In this document: piece after piece, positions 1 through 9,154 of the stretch
Numbering within the stretch: the first letter of the stretch is position 1
Layout of the letters: every line of letters starts with the position of its first letter
From: an uncultured Acetobacteraceae bacterium
GTDB lineage: Bacteria > Pseudomonadota > Alphaproteobacteria > Acetobacterales > Acetobacteraceae
Direction of reading: 5' to 3'
NCBI GenBank assembly: GCA_903924985.1
Contig: CAIYDT010000276.1
Location: 5,582 to 69,581, forward strand
DNA: 64,000 bases
Position numbers and translations under genes: made by a program
Notes under the pieces: model-generated
The model's input: only the letters and a program-made list of their open reading frames with translations
The model's database searches: none
What the model was told of the DNA's origin: nothing

Positions 1-442
1 TCACCCGGTCGCCATGGCTCATCCACACCTGCTCGCGGGCACCCTTGTGCCAGACGCCGTCCAGCAGGTCGCATTCCCCGGTCACGTCCACGAAGGCGCG
101 GCCGAACTCCCGATGATCCGAACCTTGCGTTTCGCCGCCAAGCTGGGCGCACATGACCATCTGGCCATAGCAAATACCGAGGACCGGGACCCCTTGCTCG
201 AACACCATTTGCGGAGCGCGTGGGGATTCACCCTCATGCACGCTGGCCGGGCCACCGGACAGGATGATGGCCTTGGCGTTGAACGCGGCGATGCGGGCGG
301 GGTCGGCGTTGAACGGCCAAATCTCGCAGTACACCCCGGATTCGCGCAGGCGGCGGGCGATCAGCTGCGTGACCTGGCTACCGAAGTCCAGAATCAGGAC
401 TCGTTCCGCGGTGTCGGCGGGGTCGGGCAAGGACTTGGGCAT
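1..442 (-). CDS. guaA: GMP synthase (glutamine-hydrolysing), 5' part; runs off the window start
   Basis: Manual translation from ATG at 442: [44 protein letters not shown], the typical GuaA GATase N-terminus. Not in the ORF track because it is truncated. Confidence 0.95.
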   Translation of the reverse strand, partial: MPKSLPDPADTAERVLILDFGSQVTQLIARRLRESGVYCEIWPFNADPARIAAFNAKAIILSGGPASVHEGESPRAPQMVFEQGVPVLGICYGQMVMCAQLGGETQGSDHREFGRAFVDVTGECDLLDGVWHKGAREQVWMSHGDRV

Positions 443-512
443 GGCGGATTCCCCGGGGGAGAAACGTGATCGGCGGGCTTGGACCATGGAAGCCCGCCGC
501 CGCGCAAGGCTC

Positions 513-1268
513 CTACGTCAGGAACAACCCGCCATTCACATGCAGCGTCTGCCCGGTCACGTAACGCCCATCCGGTCCCGCGAGATACCGTACCGCCGCC
601 GATATCTCTTCCACCGCCGCCTTCCGCCCCAAGGGAATGCCACGTTCCGCCAACGCATGTGGCCCCGCCCCACCAGCGGAGGCGCCGCGTACCGTGTCCA
701 CCATCCCCGGTGCGACGCAATTGCAGGTAATCGCATGGGGCGCCAACTCGATCGCCAGTGCCCGCATCAGCCCTTCCAAACCCGCCTTGGACGCCGATAC
801 ATGGCAGCGGTTGGGGGTGCCGACATGGGTGGAGATGCCAGACAACGATACGATCGCTCCGCCCCCGCGCGGGATCATGTGCGGCACCGCGGCACGCGCC
901 AGGATGAAGGCACCGTCCAGAGCAACGGACAGAATCTCCCGCCACTCCGCCAGGCTCATCTCCAGGAATTTGGTCTGCCGGCGGAGCCCCGCGTTGCTGA
1001 CCAACACATCGATGCCCCCGAATGCTGCCACCGCATCGGCGATCATGCGTTGCGTCGAAGCCTCATCGGACACGTCGGCCATGCAGCCGATCGCCTGCCC
1101 CCCGGCGGCATTGATCTCCCCCACCACCGAATCCACCGCGGCTCGGTCCGACCGCCCGTTGATCACCACCGATGCTCCCCGCTGAGCGAAGTCCAACGCG
1201 ATGGTGCGGCCAATGTTTTTGCCAGCTCCGGTGACCAGCGCGACCTTCCCGGCGAATGTCTGTTCCAT
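513..1268 (-). CDS. SDR family NAD(P)-dependent oxidoreductase (FabG-like)
   Basis: TGAGKNIG Rossmann motif, SNAG, and C-terminal [12 protein letters not shown]. The catalytic YxxxK position reads HVSASK (Tyr absent). Confidence 0.9.
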   Translation of the reverse strand: MEQTFAGKVALVTGAGKNIGRTIALDFAQRGASVVINGRSDRAAVDSVVGEINAAGGQAIGCMADVSDEASTQRMIADAVAAFGGIDVLVSNAGLRRQTKFLEMSLAEWREILSVALDGAFILARAAVPHMIPRGGGAIVSLSGISTHVGTPNRCHVSASKAGLEGLMRALAIELAPHAITCNCVAPGMVDTVRGASAGGAGPHALAERGIPLGRKAAVEEISAAVRYLAGPDGRYVTGQTLHVNGGLFLT

Positions 1269-1393
1269 CTCTATATTCCTATGTCTGTGGTTGCGTGCGC
1301 ATGGTCGTGCGCATTTATGCCACCTGCCATACGATTGTTTCGGCGCTCTTCTCTGCGATCACGATGCCGGACAAACCGCGGTGCCGACAACCC

Positions 1394-2728
1394 CTACGCG
1401 GCGGCGATCCGCAGACGGTTGGACGCCCGGGCGCGCCCGATCAGCGGGAGTAGGGCTTCCAAGGCCGGGCCTTGTTCTTCCCCTGTCAGTGCGAGGCGTA
1501 GCGGCAATAGCAATGCCTCCCCAACCCGGCCCGTAGCCTGGGCCAGTGCCTCGGTCCAAACGCGCCAAACCGAATCGTCCCAAGGCTCAGGGGGCAGCAG
1601 GGCTTCGGCTTCCTTCAGGAACGCACCCTCCCCTTCGATGACTGGTGGCACGATGGTGCCCGCCACGACCTCCCACCAACCGCGGACCTCGTTCAACAGA
1701 TCGAGGCTGCCGCGAACCGCGAGCCAAAACGCCTCGGTAGCGCCATTCGGCAACCGGTCGGCGATAGAGGAGAAATCCATCCGTCCGAGGGCACGGCGGT
1801 TGAGCGACAGCAATTGCGATGCGTCGAAGCCAGCGACCGTCTGGGATAGGCGACGCAAATCGAAATCCTTTGCAAGGACCGTTGGCGGTGCGGGCTCCGC
1901 GGCACCCGCGATGCCAATCTGGGCGAGGCATGTCGCCAGTGCTGCCGCGACTACCCCGTCGCCACGCAGTGTCCTTACCGACAGGCTGCCCACCTTGCGC
2001 GACAGGCGCATGCGCCCGGTGTCCACCAAAGGCGGCAAGTGGGCGAACTGGACCCGCGGCGGTTTGCCGGTCAGCGCCTCCCAGAGATCGAGCTGGACCC
2101 CTGTGTTGTCGGCATTGTCCTCAGCGCGGATGACTTCGGTGATGCCCGTGTCGATGTCATCCACCACGCTGGCGAACAGCGGCGTCGGCGTGCCGTCGGC
2201 GCGTATGAGTACGGGGTCGGAGACAGCAGTCAGCTTGGCCTGCCGCGGGCCCATGATCAGATCGCGCCAATCCAACGTGCGCGGCGATAACAGGAAGCGC
2301 CAGTAAGGCAGTTTGCCATTCGCCTCAGCCTTTGCACGCTGCTCGGCCGTCATTTTCAGCATCGCACGGTCGTAGATCGGGGATTTGCCCCGCTTGAGGC
2401 GTTGGTCGCGTTTGGCGCGCAATTCGTCATCGCCCTCAAAGCAAGGGTAGATGCGATTGGCTTGCCGCAAACGATCGGCGGCTTGGGCATATAGGTCCAG
2501 GCGGTCCGATTGCTGGAAGGTTTCGTCCCATTCGATCCCCAGCCATGTCAGATCGTGGGCGATGGATTCGGCAAAGGCCGGTTTGGCGCGATCTCGCTCC
2601 ATATCGTCGATGCGCAGCAACATGTGGCCGTTGTGCCGTCGGGCGTGAAGAAAATTGGCCAACGCAACGCGTGCGCCACTGACAAATAAATGACCGACCG
2701 GGCTTGGCGCGAAGCGGACGCGGATCAT
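1394..2728 (-). CDS. gltX: Glutamate--tRNA ligase paralogue with degenerate catalytic motifs
   Basis: RFAPSP, LRIDD, WLGIEWD, QSDR..LY, VVDD..GIT.VIR, and anticodon-domain PLRLALTG. HIGH and KMSKS motifs are altered (see findings). Confidence 0.85.
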   Translation of the reverse strand: MIRVRFAPSPVGHLFVSGARVALANFLHARRHNGHMLLRIDDMERDRAKPAFAESIAHDLTWLGIEWDETFQQSDRLDLYAQAADRLRQANRIYPCFEGDDELRAKRDQRLKRGKSPIYDRAMLKMTAEQRAKAEANGKLPYWRFLLSPRTLDWRDLIMGPRQAKLTAVSDPVLIRADGTPTPLFASVVDDIDTGITEVIRAEDNADNTGVQLDLWEALTGKPPRVQFAHLPPLVDTGRMRLSRKVGSLSVRTLRGDGVVAAALATCLAQIGIAGAAEPAPPTVLAKDFDLRRLSQTVAGFDASQLLSLNRRALGRMDFSSIADRLPNGATEAFWLAVRGSLDLLNEVRGWWEVVAGTIVPPVIEGEGAFLKEAEALLPPEPWDDSVWRVWTEALAQATGRVGEALLLPLRLALTGEEQGPALEALLPLIGRARASNRLRIAAA

Positions 2729-3099
2729 TCGTCCAGCCCATCGTCGCCGTCGGAATCATCGCGCCTGGGATCGAGCGCACGCCAATCCCGCTCCTCGGCC
2801 CCCGCACGGTTATCCACAAAATCTCCGAGTTCCGTGGCGCTGCGCCACCCACCCTGTTCGGCGTCGACCACAAGCGCGTCCTCCCCGAATGCGAACCACG
2901 CCTCCAGCACGTCCTTGGTCGACATACCCGGTCCCCGGCAGAGTTCCACCGAGTCGCGCACATACCGGCGGGCAAAGGCATTCGCCTGCATCAAGGTCGG
3001 AAAGCCGCCGATTTCCTCGACAATATTGTCTTCGGCGCCGCCGGAGAGGTCCAGGATCCGGACGCGCCAGCCGCCGTCGGGAGCAAACAGGTCGCTCAT
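2725..3099 (-). CDS. Hypothetical protein with an acidic C-terminal tail, translationally coupled to the gltX paralogue
   Basis: MSDLFAPDGGWRVRILDLSGG...; ends DDSDGDDGLDE. Its stop overlaps the gltX ATG (ATGA). Start chosen at ATG 3099. Confidence 0.7.
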   Translation of the reverse strand: MSDLFAPDGGWRVRILDLSGGAEDNIVEEIGGFPTLMQANAFARRYVRDSVELCRGPGMSTKDVLEAWFAFGEDALVVDAEQGGWRSATELGDFVDNRAGAEERDWRALDPRRDDSDGDDGLDE

Positions 3100-3199
3100 G
3101 GCTTGGATTGAATGATCAGTCTCATGGCAGCACGCTAGTTCATTTACCACGTCACGGAAACGTGGCGATTTCACCACAGCCAACCGTGGCATTGGTGCA

Positions 3200-3713
3200 T
3201 CACAGCAGGAATTGCCAAAACCGGGTAAGCCATTCATGCGGGCGATCCGACAGCGGGCGCTGGCGCCATGTCGCCAGATCCAGCTTGACCGCAGGTGCGC
3301 GATTCCGTTCCAGCAACTCTGTCATCGCTCGGCCAGTGTCACCTCCCAAGATGATAGCGTGGATCTCTTTGCTGAACACCACGCTGCGCCGGTCGAAGTT
3401 GGAGGAGCTCACCGCCGGCCAAGCCCCATCCACCACCATGATCTTGGCGTGCGGCACATCGTCGCGCGTTTCGGCGATTTCGGCGCCCGAGGCCAGCAGA
3501 TCGTCACAGGCCGCACGCCCCGCGGCAAGCGAATCCCGCGAGTCACTCTTGCCCGGCAGGATCAGCCGCACCTTCACGCCGCGCCCAGCCGCGGCGACCA
3601 GTTCTTCCCGCTCCTGGTGCGTCGGCACGAAATAGCCGGTGTCGATATCGATGGCCTGATCAGGCCGAGCCCCATCGCGAGAAGAGTGCAGGCGTCATGC
3701 GGCTGGATTGCAT
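3200..3713 (-). pseudogene. Remnant of a phospholipase D / cardiolipin synthase family gene (C-terminal HKD half only)
   Basis: TGYFVP...AAGRGVKVRLILPGKSD...HAKIMVVDG...SSNFDRRS. Only one HKD motif is present and the N-terminal half is missing. The 5' limit is uncertain. Confidence 0.75.
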
Positions 3714-3754
3714 CGCGGTTTCGCCCCGAACCGTCAGGTTGCCACCGTTTTCGG

Positions 3755-4603
3755 CTATTGCTTCACAGCCCCCGCGGTCAGCCCAGCCACGTAGTGCTCC
3801 ACGAAGAACGAGTAGATCACCGCGACCGGGACCGATCCCAACAGCGCGGCGGCCATCAGTTGCCCCCAGTAGAACACATCGCCTTTGACCAATTCGGCAA
3901 TGGCGCCGACCGGCACGGTGCGCACGTCGGTTTGGGTCAGGAAGATCAGCGCGTACAGAAACTCATTCTGTGACAGGGTAAACGCGAATATCCCGGCGGA
4001 GATAAATCCTGGCACGCACAACGGCAGGAAGACCTTGAACATGGTTTGCAACCGCGTCGCGCCGTCGATGCGGGCTGCGTCTTCCAGCTCATGCGGCACC
4101 GACCGGAAATATCCCATCAGCAGCCAGGCACAGAACGGCACTAGCAAAGTCGGGTAGGTCAGCATCACGGAGGTCAGCGTGTCCCCCAGATGCATTTGGT
4201 TGATAATGTCCGCCAGCGGGATGAACAGCAGCGGTTGCGGCACCAGATAGGTCGCGGCGATGGCGAAGGAAATGAGCGCCGAACCAGCGAACTTCATGCG
4301 CGCCAGCGGATAGGCCAGCATCGTACCGAACACCAGGGATATCGCGGTTGAGACCACCGCCACCAGGAACGAGTTCCAGGTCCATGTCAAAAAATTGGTC
4401 TCGGTCAATAGGTCCACGTAGTGTTTCAATGTCGGATGATACACGATCATCGGCATGATCTTGCGGTTGTACAGCTCGCTGTTCGGTTTGATGGAGGTAA
4501 CCGCCATCCAGTAGAACGGGAACAACGTGAAGACCATGAACGCCCCCAGGGGGATCCATAGTTTCAAGGCCCGAACTGTCCAGCCGCCGCGTTCGACGCT
4601 CAT
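3755..4603 (-). CDS. Carbohydrate ABC transporter permease (MalG-like)
   Basis: EAA loop ELEDAARIDGA; TLFPFYWM; hydrophobic segments. Start MSVERGG overlaps the upstream stop. Confidence 0.93.
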   Translation of the reverse strand: MSVERGGWTVRALKLWIPLGAFMVFTLFPFYWMAVTSIKPNSELYNRKIMPMIVYHPTLKHYVDLLTETNFLTWTWNSFLVAVVSTAISLVFGTMLAYPLARMKFAGSALISFAIAATYLVPQPLLFIPLADIINQMHLGDTLTSVMLTYPTLLVPFCAWLLMGYFRSVPHELEDAARIDGATRLQTMFKVFLPLCVPGFISAGIFAFTLSQNEFLYALIFLTQTDVRTVPVGAIAELVKGDVFYWGQLMAAALLGSVPVAVIYSFFVEHYVAGLTAGAVKQ

Positions 4604-5517
4604 GATTTGGTGGGTTTCATGTACACCGACATGGCGATGATGATCAAAGCAAGCGGCGGCAGCATGGCCAGCGCGATCGATGCCCCCATGCCCAACTGCC
4701 CACCGCCCATGGCGACGTCGAAGGCGTAGGTGGCAAATAAATGCGTGGCGTTGGCCGGCCCGCCGCGGGTCAACACATAGACCAGCTGGAAATCGGCGAA
4801 GGTGAATATCACCGAGAACATGGTCACGATGAAAATCACCGGCTTCAGCAACGGCAGCGTCACGTAGATGAACCGGTGCCATGCGCTGGCGCCGTCGATC
4901 GTCGCGGCCTCATACAAATCTGGCGAAATGGTTTGCAGCCCCGCCAGCAAGGTGATCGCGTAGAACGGCAACCCGCGCCACACATTGACGATAATCAGCG
5001 ACATCATCGCCAGCGACGGGTTACCCAGCCAGGACGGTCCGGGATTCGCGAGGCCGGTATATTTCAGCAGCCAATTGATCACGCTGAAAGCCGGATCGAG
5101 CATCCACATCCATGCGATAGTCGATAGCACCGTCGGCACGATAAACGGCAGCAGCATCATCGCGCGAACGGTGTTCTTGAACCGGAAATCCTGGTTCATG
5201 GTCAGCGCCAACGCCAGCCCCCCGACCATCTTCAGGATCGTGGCGAAGAACGTGTAAACGAAAGTGTTGATCGCGACCCGCCAAAACACCGGGTCGTGGT
5301 AATCGGCGATGAAATTCGCCAACCCCACGAACTTTCCGGCATGCGCGACCGGCCGGTCCTCCAGACTGAGCCATATCCCGTACAGAAACGGGTATCCCAC
5401 CAGCGCGATCAGGAATAATGCTGGCGGGAAGATCATCAGCCAGCTGAAAATGTCCTCCCGTTCCGTCCAGCGCCGGAACGGGGACGCAGCGCGATGCTCG
5501 GCGAACGTCGCTGGCAC
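4600..5517 (-). CDS. Carbohydrate ABC transporter permease (MalF/UgpA-like)
   Basis: LYEAATIDGA EAA loop, FVGLANF, LTRGGPANAT. Confidence 0.93.
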   Translation of the reverse strand: MPATFAEHRAASPFRRWTEREDIFSWLMIFPPALFLIALVGYPFLYGIWLSLEDRPVAHAGKFVGLANFIADYHDPVFWRVAINTFVYTFFATILKMVGGLALALTMNQDFRFKNTVRAMMLLPFIVPTVLSTIAWMWMLDPAFSVINWLLKYTGLANPGPSWLGNPSLAMMSLIIVNVWRGLPFYAITLLAGLQTISPDLYEAATIDGASAWHRFIYVTLPLLKPVIFIVTMFSVIFTFADFQLVYVLTRGGPANATHLFATYAFDVAMGGGQLGMGASIALAMLPPLALIIIAMSVYMKPTKS

Positions 5518-5518
5518 G

Positions 5519-6814
5519 TCAGGCGGACTTGAAGATCTGCTTCAACTGCGCGCTGGCGTCGGCGATGACCTCCTTGGTGGACTTGCCGGCGCAGGCCTTG
5601 GCGAACATGTCCACGACCACGTATTTCGCCACACTCTCCGATTGCGGCCGGCTGATTGGCGCCGGCCAGCCAGGCAGATGCGACGACGGCATGGAGTCGC
5701 GGTACGGCAGGTTGCGCGGTTCCTTGTGCCAAAACGACGCATCGTCGAACATGTGCAGGAACGGGCCGTAATAGCTGTCGGCGATGTCGTACCAGCCGCC
5801 GACGTTTTTCGGGTCCATCAGCCACACCATGAAGTCCTTGGCCGCCTGGACGTCCGGCGTGTAGCTCATGATCCCCTGGCTCAACGGATTGAGCATGTGG
5901 AAGCGCTCACCGGTTGGGCCTTTGGGGTTCTGCGCCTGACCGGTTACCTTGCCGATGTCCGGGAAGTCGCGCTTGGCGACATACAGGATACTCTCGGCGT
6001 TGTTGGTGCAGGAGATTTGTTCCGCCAGGAAGGCTTTATTATTGGACACGTCGGTCCAGCCCAGCACGTCCTCGAACATGGTCTTCTGGAAAAAGGTGCG
6101 CGCGAAATCGACCGCTTTCGCGGTTTCAGCGGAGTCGATGACGACGGTCTTGCCGTCCTTGTCCACCTCACGCGCACCGAACGACCACAGCAGAGGGTAC
6201 AACCACCCGTGGTTATCACCGAAACCGTGGCCGAGTTCGAAGCCGAACGGATGATCCTTGGCCTTCAGCTTGATGCCGGCTTCCAGCAACTCGTCCCAGG
6301 TTTCCGGGAAGGTCTTCACCCCGACTTCCTCGAACCAGTCCATGCGGTAGTTCATCAGCTGGCCGATATTGCCGAACGGGATGGATTTCCACTTGCCGTT
6401 GACGACCACGGCCTCTTGCGCGTTGGCGTGCCAGCCGCCGCCCTTCTCGCCGATGGTTTTCGCGATGTCGGTGACGTCGACCAGCTTCTCGTCGAACAGG
6501 AAGGGCCAGTTAAAGAACAGGTTGACCATGTCGGGGCCGGAGCCTGTCTCCGCCGCCGTGGTGACGCGGGTCTGGCTGCTGTTCACGCTGATGATATCGT
6601 AAAGGATTTTGATGCCGGTGGCCTTCTCGTAGTTCGCCGCCACGGTGTTCTTGAAGTAGGCGTCGTAGGCCGGGATAAACGAGCTTTCGTGCATCATGGT
6701 CATCGATTTGGGCGCCGCGTTCGCTCGGGCGGCTCCGAGCAGACCGCCGACGGCCGTAAAGGCGGAGATCTTGAGCACGTCGCGGCGCGATGCCGCCTGG
6801 ATGATGTTCGCCAC
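5519..6814 (-). CDS. Carbohydrate ABC transporter substrate-binding protein, Tat signal
   Basis: SRRDVLK twin-arginine signal with ANA cleavage site; GPD, YRMDWF and PETWDEL motifs of family-1 binding proteins; operon with two permeases. Confidence 0.9.
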   Translation of the reverse strand: MANIIQAASRRDVLKISAFTAVGGLLGAARANAAPKSMTMMHESSFIPAYDAYFKNTVAANYEKATGIKILYDIISVNSSQTRVTTAAETGSGPDMVNLFFNWPFLFDEKLVDVTDIAKTIGEKGGGWHANAQEAVVVNGKWKSIPFGNIGQLMNYRMDWFEEVGVKTFPETWDELLEAGIKLKAKDHPFGFELGHGFGDNHGWLYPLLWSFGAREVDKDGKTVVIDSAETAKAVDFARTFFQKTMFEDVLGWTDVSNNKAFLAEQISCTNNAESILYVAKRDFPDIGKVTGQAQNPKGPTGERFHMLNPLSQGIMSYTPDVQAAKDFMVWLMDPKNVGGWYDIADSYYGPFLHMFDDASFWHKEPRNLPYRDSMPSSHLPGWPAPISRPQSESVAKYVVVDMFAKACAGKSTKEVIADASAQLKQIFKSA

Positions 6815-6912
6815 CTGCTATCCCTTCCCTGTCTTCCGGCCCGCCGTCTGAATGGGCGGGATTGCCGGAGGACAAGTTAGGGGGCGACGTTCGGCGAAGT
6901 CAACGAGGGGGC

Positions 6913-7983
6913 CTAACCCCGACTGACGACCTGGGCGATGGCGGTGCCGACGTCCTGCGTGCCGGCCTGCCCGCCCATGTCGCGGGTTTTCGGCCCATCC
7001 TCCCGCAGCAGTTGCTCGATCGCCGCGACAATGGCGTTGCCGGCCTCGGCCTCCCCCAGATGGTTCAGCATCAGTGCCGCCGACCAGATCTGCCCGATCG
7101 GATTGGCGATAAAGCGGCCGGCGATGTCGGGCGCCGACCCATGCACGGGCTCGAACATCGACGGGAACAGCCGCTCCGGATTGATGTTGGCACTGGCAGC
7201 GATGCCGATGGAGCCCGCGAGGGCCGGACCCAGATCAGACAGGATGTCGCCGAACAGGTTGGAGCCGACGACCACGTCGAACCAGTCGGGGTGCTGCACG
7301 AAATGCGCGCACAGGATATCGATGTGGTACTGGTCGGTGCGGATTTCGGGGTATGACTTCGCCATCTCGGCGAAGCGCTCATCCCAGTAAGGCATGGTGT
7401 GGATGATGCCGTTGGACTTGGTGGCGCTCGTCACGTGCTTTTTCGGCCGGGTCATCGCCAGCTCGAACGCGTACTTCATGATCCGGTCGGTGCCCTTGCG
7501 GGTCAGGATGCTCTGCTGGGAGACGAACTCCCGGTCGGTGCCCTCGAACATACGGCCACCGACGGATGAGTATTCGCCCTCGGTGTTTTCCCGTACGACG
7601 TAGAAGTCGATGTCCTTTTCGGTGCGGTTGGCCAGCGGCGTATAGACGCCCGGCATCAGCTTGCAGGGGCGCACATTGGCATACTGGTCGAAGCCGCGGC
7701 GGATCGGGATCAGCAGGCCCCAGAGCGACACGTGATCCGGCACACCCGGCCAGCCGACCGCGCCCAGCAGGATCGAGTCGGACTTCGCCAACTGGTCCAT
7801 GCCATCCTTTGGCATGAACTCGCCGGTGTCTTTATAGGTCTCGCAGGACCAATCGTAGTGGGTCAGCTCCAGGTCGAAGCCGTACTTGCGCGCGGCGGCG
7901 TCCAGCACTTTCAAGCTTTCCGGCACGGTTTCCTTGCCGATGCCGTCGCCGGGTAACACGGCGATACGATGTTTGCGCGTCAT
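6913..7983 (-). CDS. ttuC: Tartrate dehydrogenase / D-malate dehydrogenase (decarboxylating)
   Basis: IAVLPGDGIGKE, VPDHVSLWGLL, RENTEGEYS, SATKSNGI, NLFGDILSD, FEPVHGSAPDIAG. Confidence 0.92.
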   Translation of the reverse strand: MTRKHRIAVLPGDGIGKETVPESLKVLDAAARKYGFDLELTHYDWSCETYKDTGEFMPKDGMDQLAKSDSILLGAVGWPGVPDHVSLWGLLIPIRRGFDQYANVRPCKLMPGVYTPLANRTEKDIDFYVVRENTEGEYSSVGGRMFEGTDREFVSQQSILTRKGTDRIMKYAFELAMTRPKKHVTSATKSNGIIHTMPYWDERFAEMAKSYPEIRTDQYHIDILCAHFVQHPDWFDVVVGSNLFGDILSDLGPALAGSIGIAASANINPERLFPSMFEPVHGSAPDIAGRFIANPIGQIWSAALMLNHLGEAEAGNAIVAAIEQLLREDGPKTRDMGGQAGTQDVGTAIAQVVSRG

Positions 7984-8055
7984 TTGGGGGTGTCTCCTGG
8001 ATCGTCGATCCGTTATCAGGTGTCGGTTACCCAAGGGATAGAGGACCCGACCGCC

Positions 8056-8796
8056 ATGGCCAAGCCCGCTCGTGCAGCATCCCCCACCACCGAGTGGGAT
8101 CGTGACGCCGCGCTAACCGCCGCGCGTATTTTGCTGGAGATCAAGGCGGTCAATTTCCGCCCCGAGGAACCGTACACTTTCACGGCCGGATGGAAGTCCC
8201 CGGTCTACATCGATTGCCGCCGCATCATCTACTTCCCCCGCGCACGCGCCAAAATCTGCGACCTGGCGGTGGAGAAGATCGACCGCCACGTTGGCTATGA
8301 GAACATTGAGGCCGTAGCAGGTGGCGAAACCGCCGGCATCCCCTTCGCCGCCTGGATCGCCGATCGCATGAGCGCGCCGATGGCCTATGTCCGCAAAAAA
8401 CCCAAGGGGTTCGGCCAGAACTCTCTCATTGAAGGCGACGTCCCCGTCGGTAAGCGCACGTTGCTGGTGGAGGATCTGACCACGGACGGCGGCTCCAAGA
8501 TCAAATTCGCCAATGCCTTGCGGGATGCCGGCGCCATCGTGAACCATACGTTCGTGGTGTTTTTCTACGGTGTGTTTCCCGGAGCCTTCGAGAAGCTGGC
8601 CGAGATGGACATTTCCCTCCACAGCCTGTGCACGTGGTGGGACGTGTTGGAGGCATGCAAGGACCGACCGTACTTCTCCGAATCCGCTTTGTCCGAGGTG
8701 AGGCGCTTCTTGGAGAACCCAGTCGCCTGGTCCGCCGCACATGGCGGCATCGGCTCAGCCGAGGAAGCGGCCGCGCGCCGAGCAGCGTCGGAATAA
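8056..8796 (+). CDS. pyrE: Orotate phosphoribosyltransferase
   Basis: SPVYIDCR, AGGETAGIPF, YVRKKPKGFG, PRPP motif LLVEDLTTDGGSK. Confidence 0.93.
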   Translation: MAKPARAASPTTEWDRDAALTAARILLEIKAVNFRPEEPYTFTAGWKSPVYIDCRRIIYFPRARAKICDLAVEKIDRHVGYENIEAVAGGETAGIPFAAWIADRMSAPMAYVRKKPKGFGQNSLIEGDVPVGKRTLLVEDLTTDGGSKIKFANALRDAGAIVNHTFVVFFYGVFPGAFEKLAEMDISLHSLCTWWDVLEACKDRPYFSESALSEVRRFLENPVAWSAAHGGIGSAEEAAARRAASE

Positions 8797-8816
8797 AACT
8801 CAGTCGAGAGGGTGCC

Positions 8817-9147
8817 ATGCCGAAGGATGCCCAAGGCCACTCCCTTACCGATGCTACGGCGGAGGCCTCCGCTCTGTACGACCAAGCGGTTCGGGCCTAT
8901 AACCTCGCCTATGGCGACGCCATGGGCGGGTTCAACGCGGCAATCGCGGTGGCTCCGAAGTTCGCTATGGCGCATCGGCGGCAGCCACGCCCAACGGGAT
9001 GTGTTCGACTGGACAGTGACCGAGGCCGCCGTGCGCGGCGAACTGCGCGACGTCGGCGTGTCGTTGGCGAACGAACGTCTGACCTTGCGTCCTGGCAGTC
9101 ACATTAACCAACGATTTTTGAGGATGGCTGGGCAGATCGTGGCATAA
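8817..9147 (+). pseudogene. Internally deleted remnant of a TTC38-like tetratricopeptide protein gene
   Basis: N-terminus MPKDAQGHSLTDATAEASALYDQAV...PKFAMAH is joined out of frame to C-terminus RIGGSHAQRDVF...LANERLTLRPGS. GGSxAQRD is the TTC38-family C-terminal motif. Confidence 0.7.
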
Positions 9148-9154
9148 TCCATTT

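Noticed and set aside
264-2306. 680-aa plus-strand ORF and many other long overlapping ORFs (e.g. 5309-6880, 40280-41839, 42296-43564)
   Set aside because: Antisense or alternate-frame shadows of well-supported genes in GC-rich DNA; Arg/Pro/Ala-rich with no family motifs.
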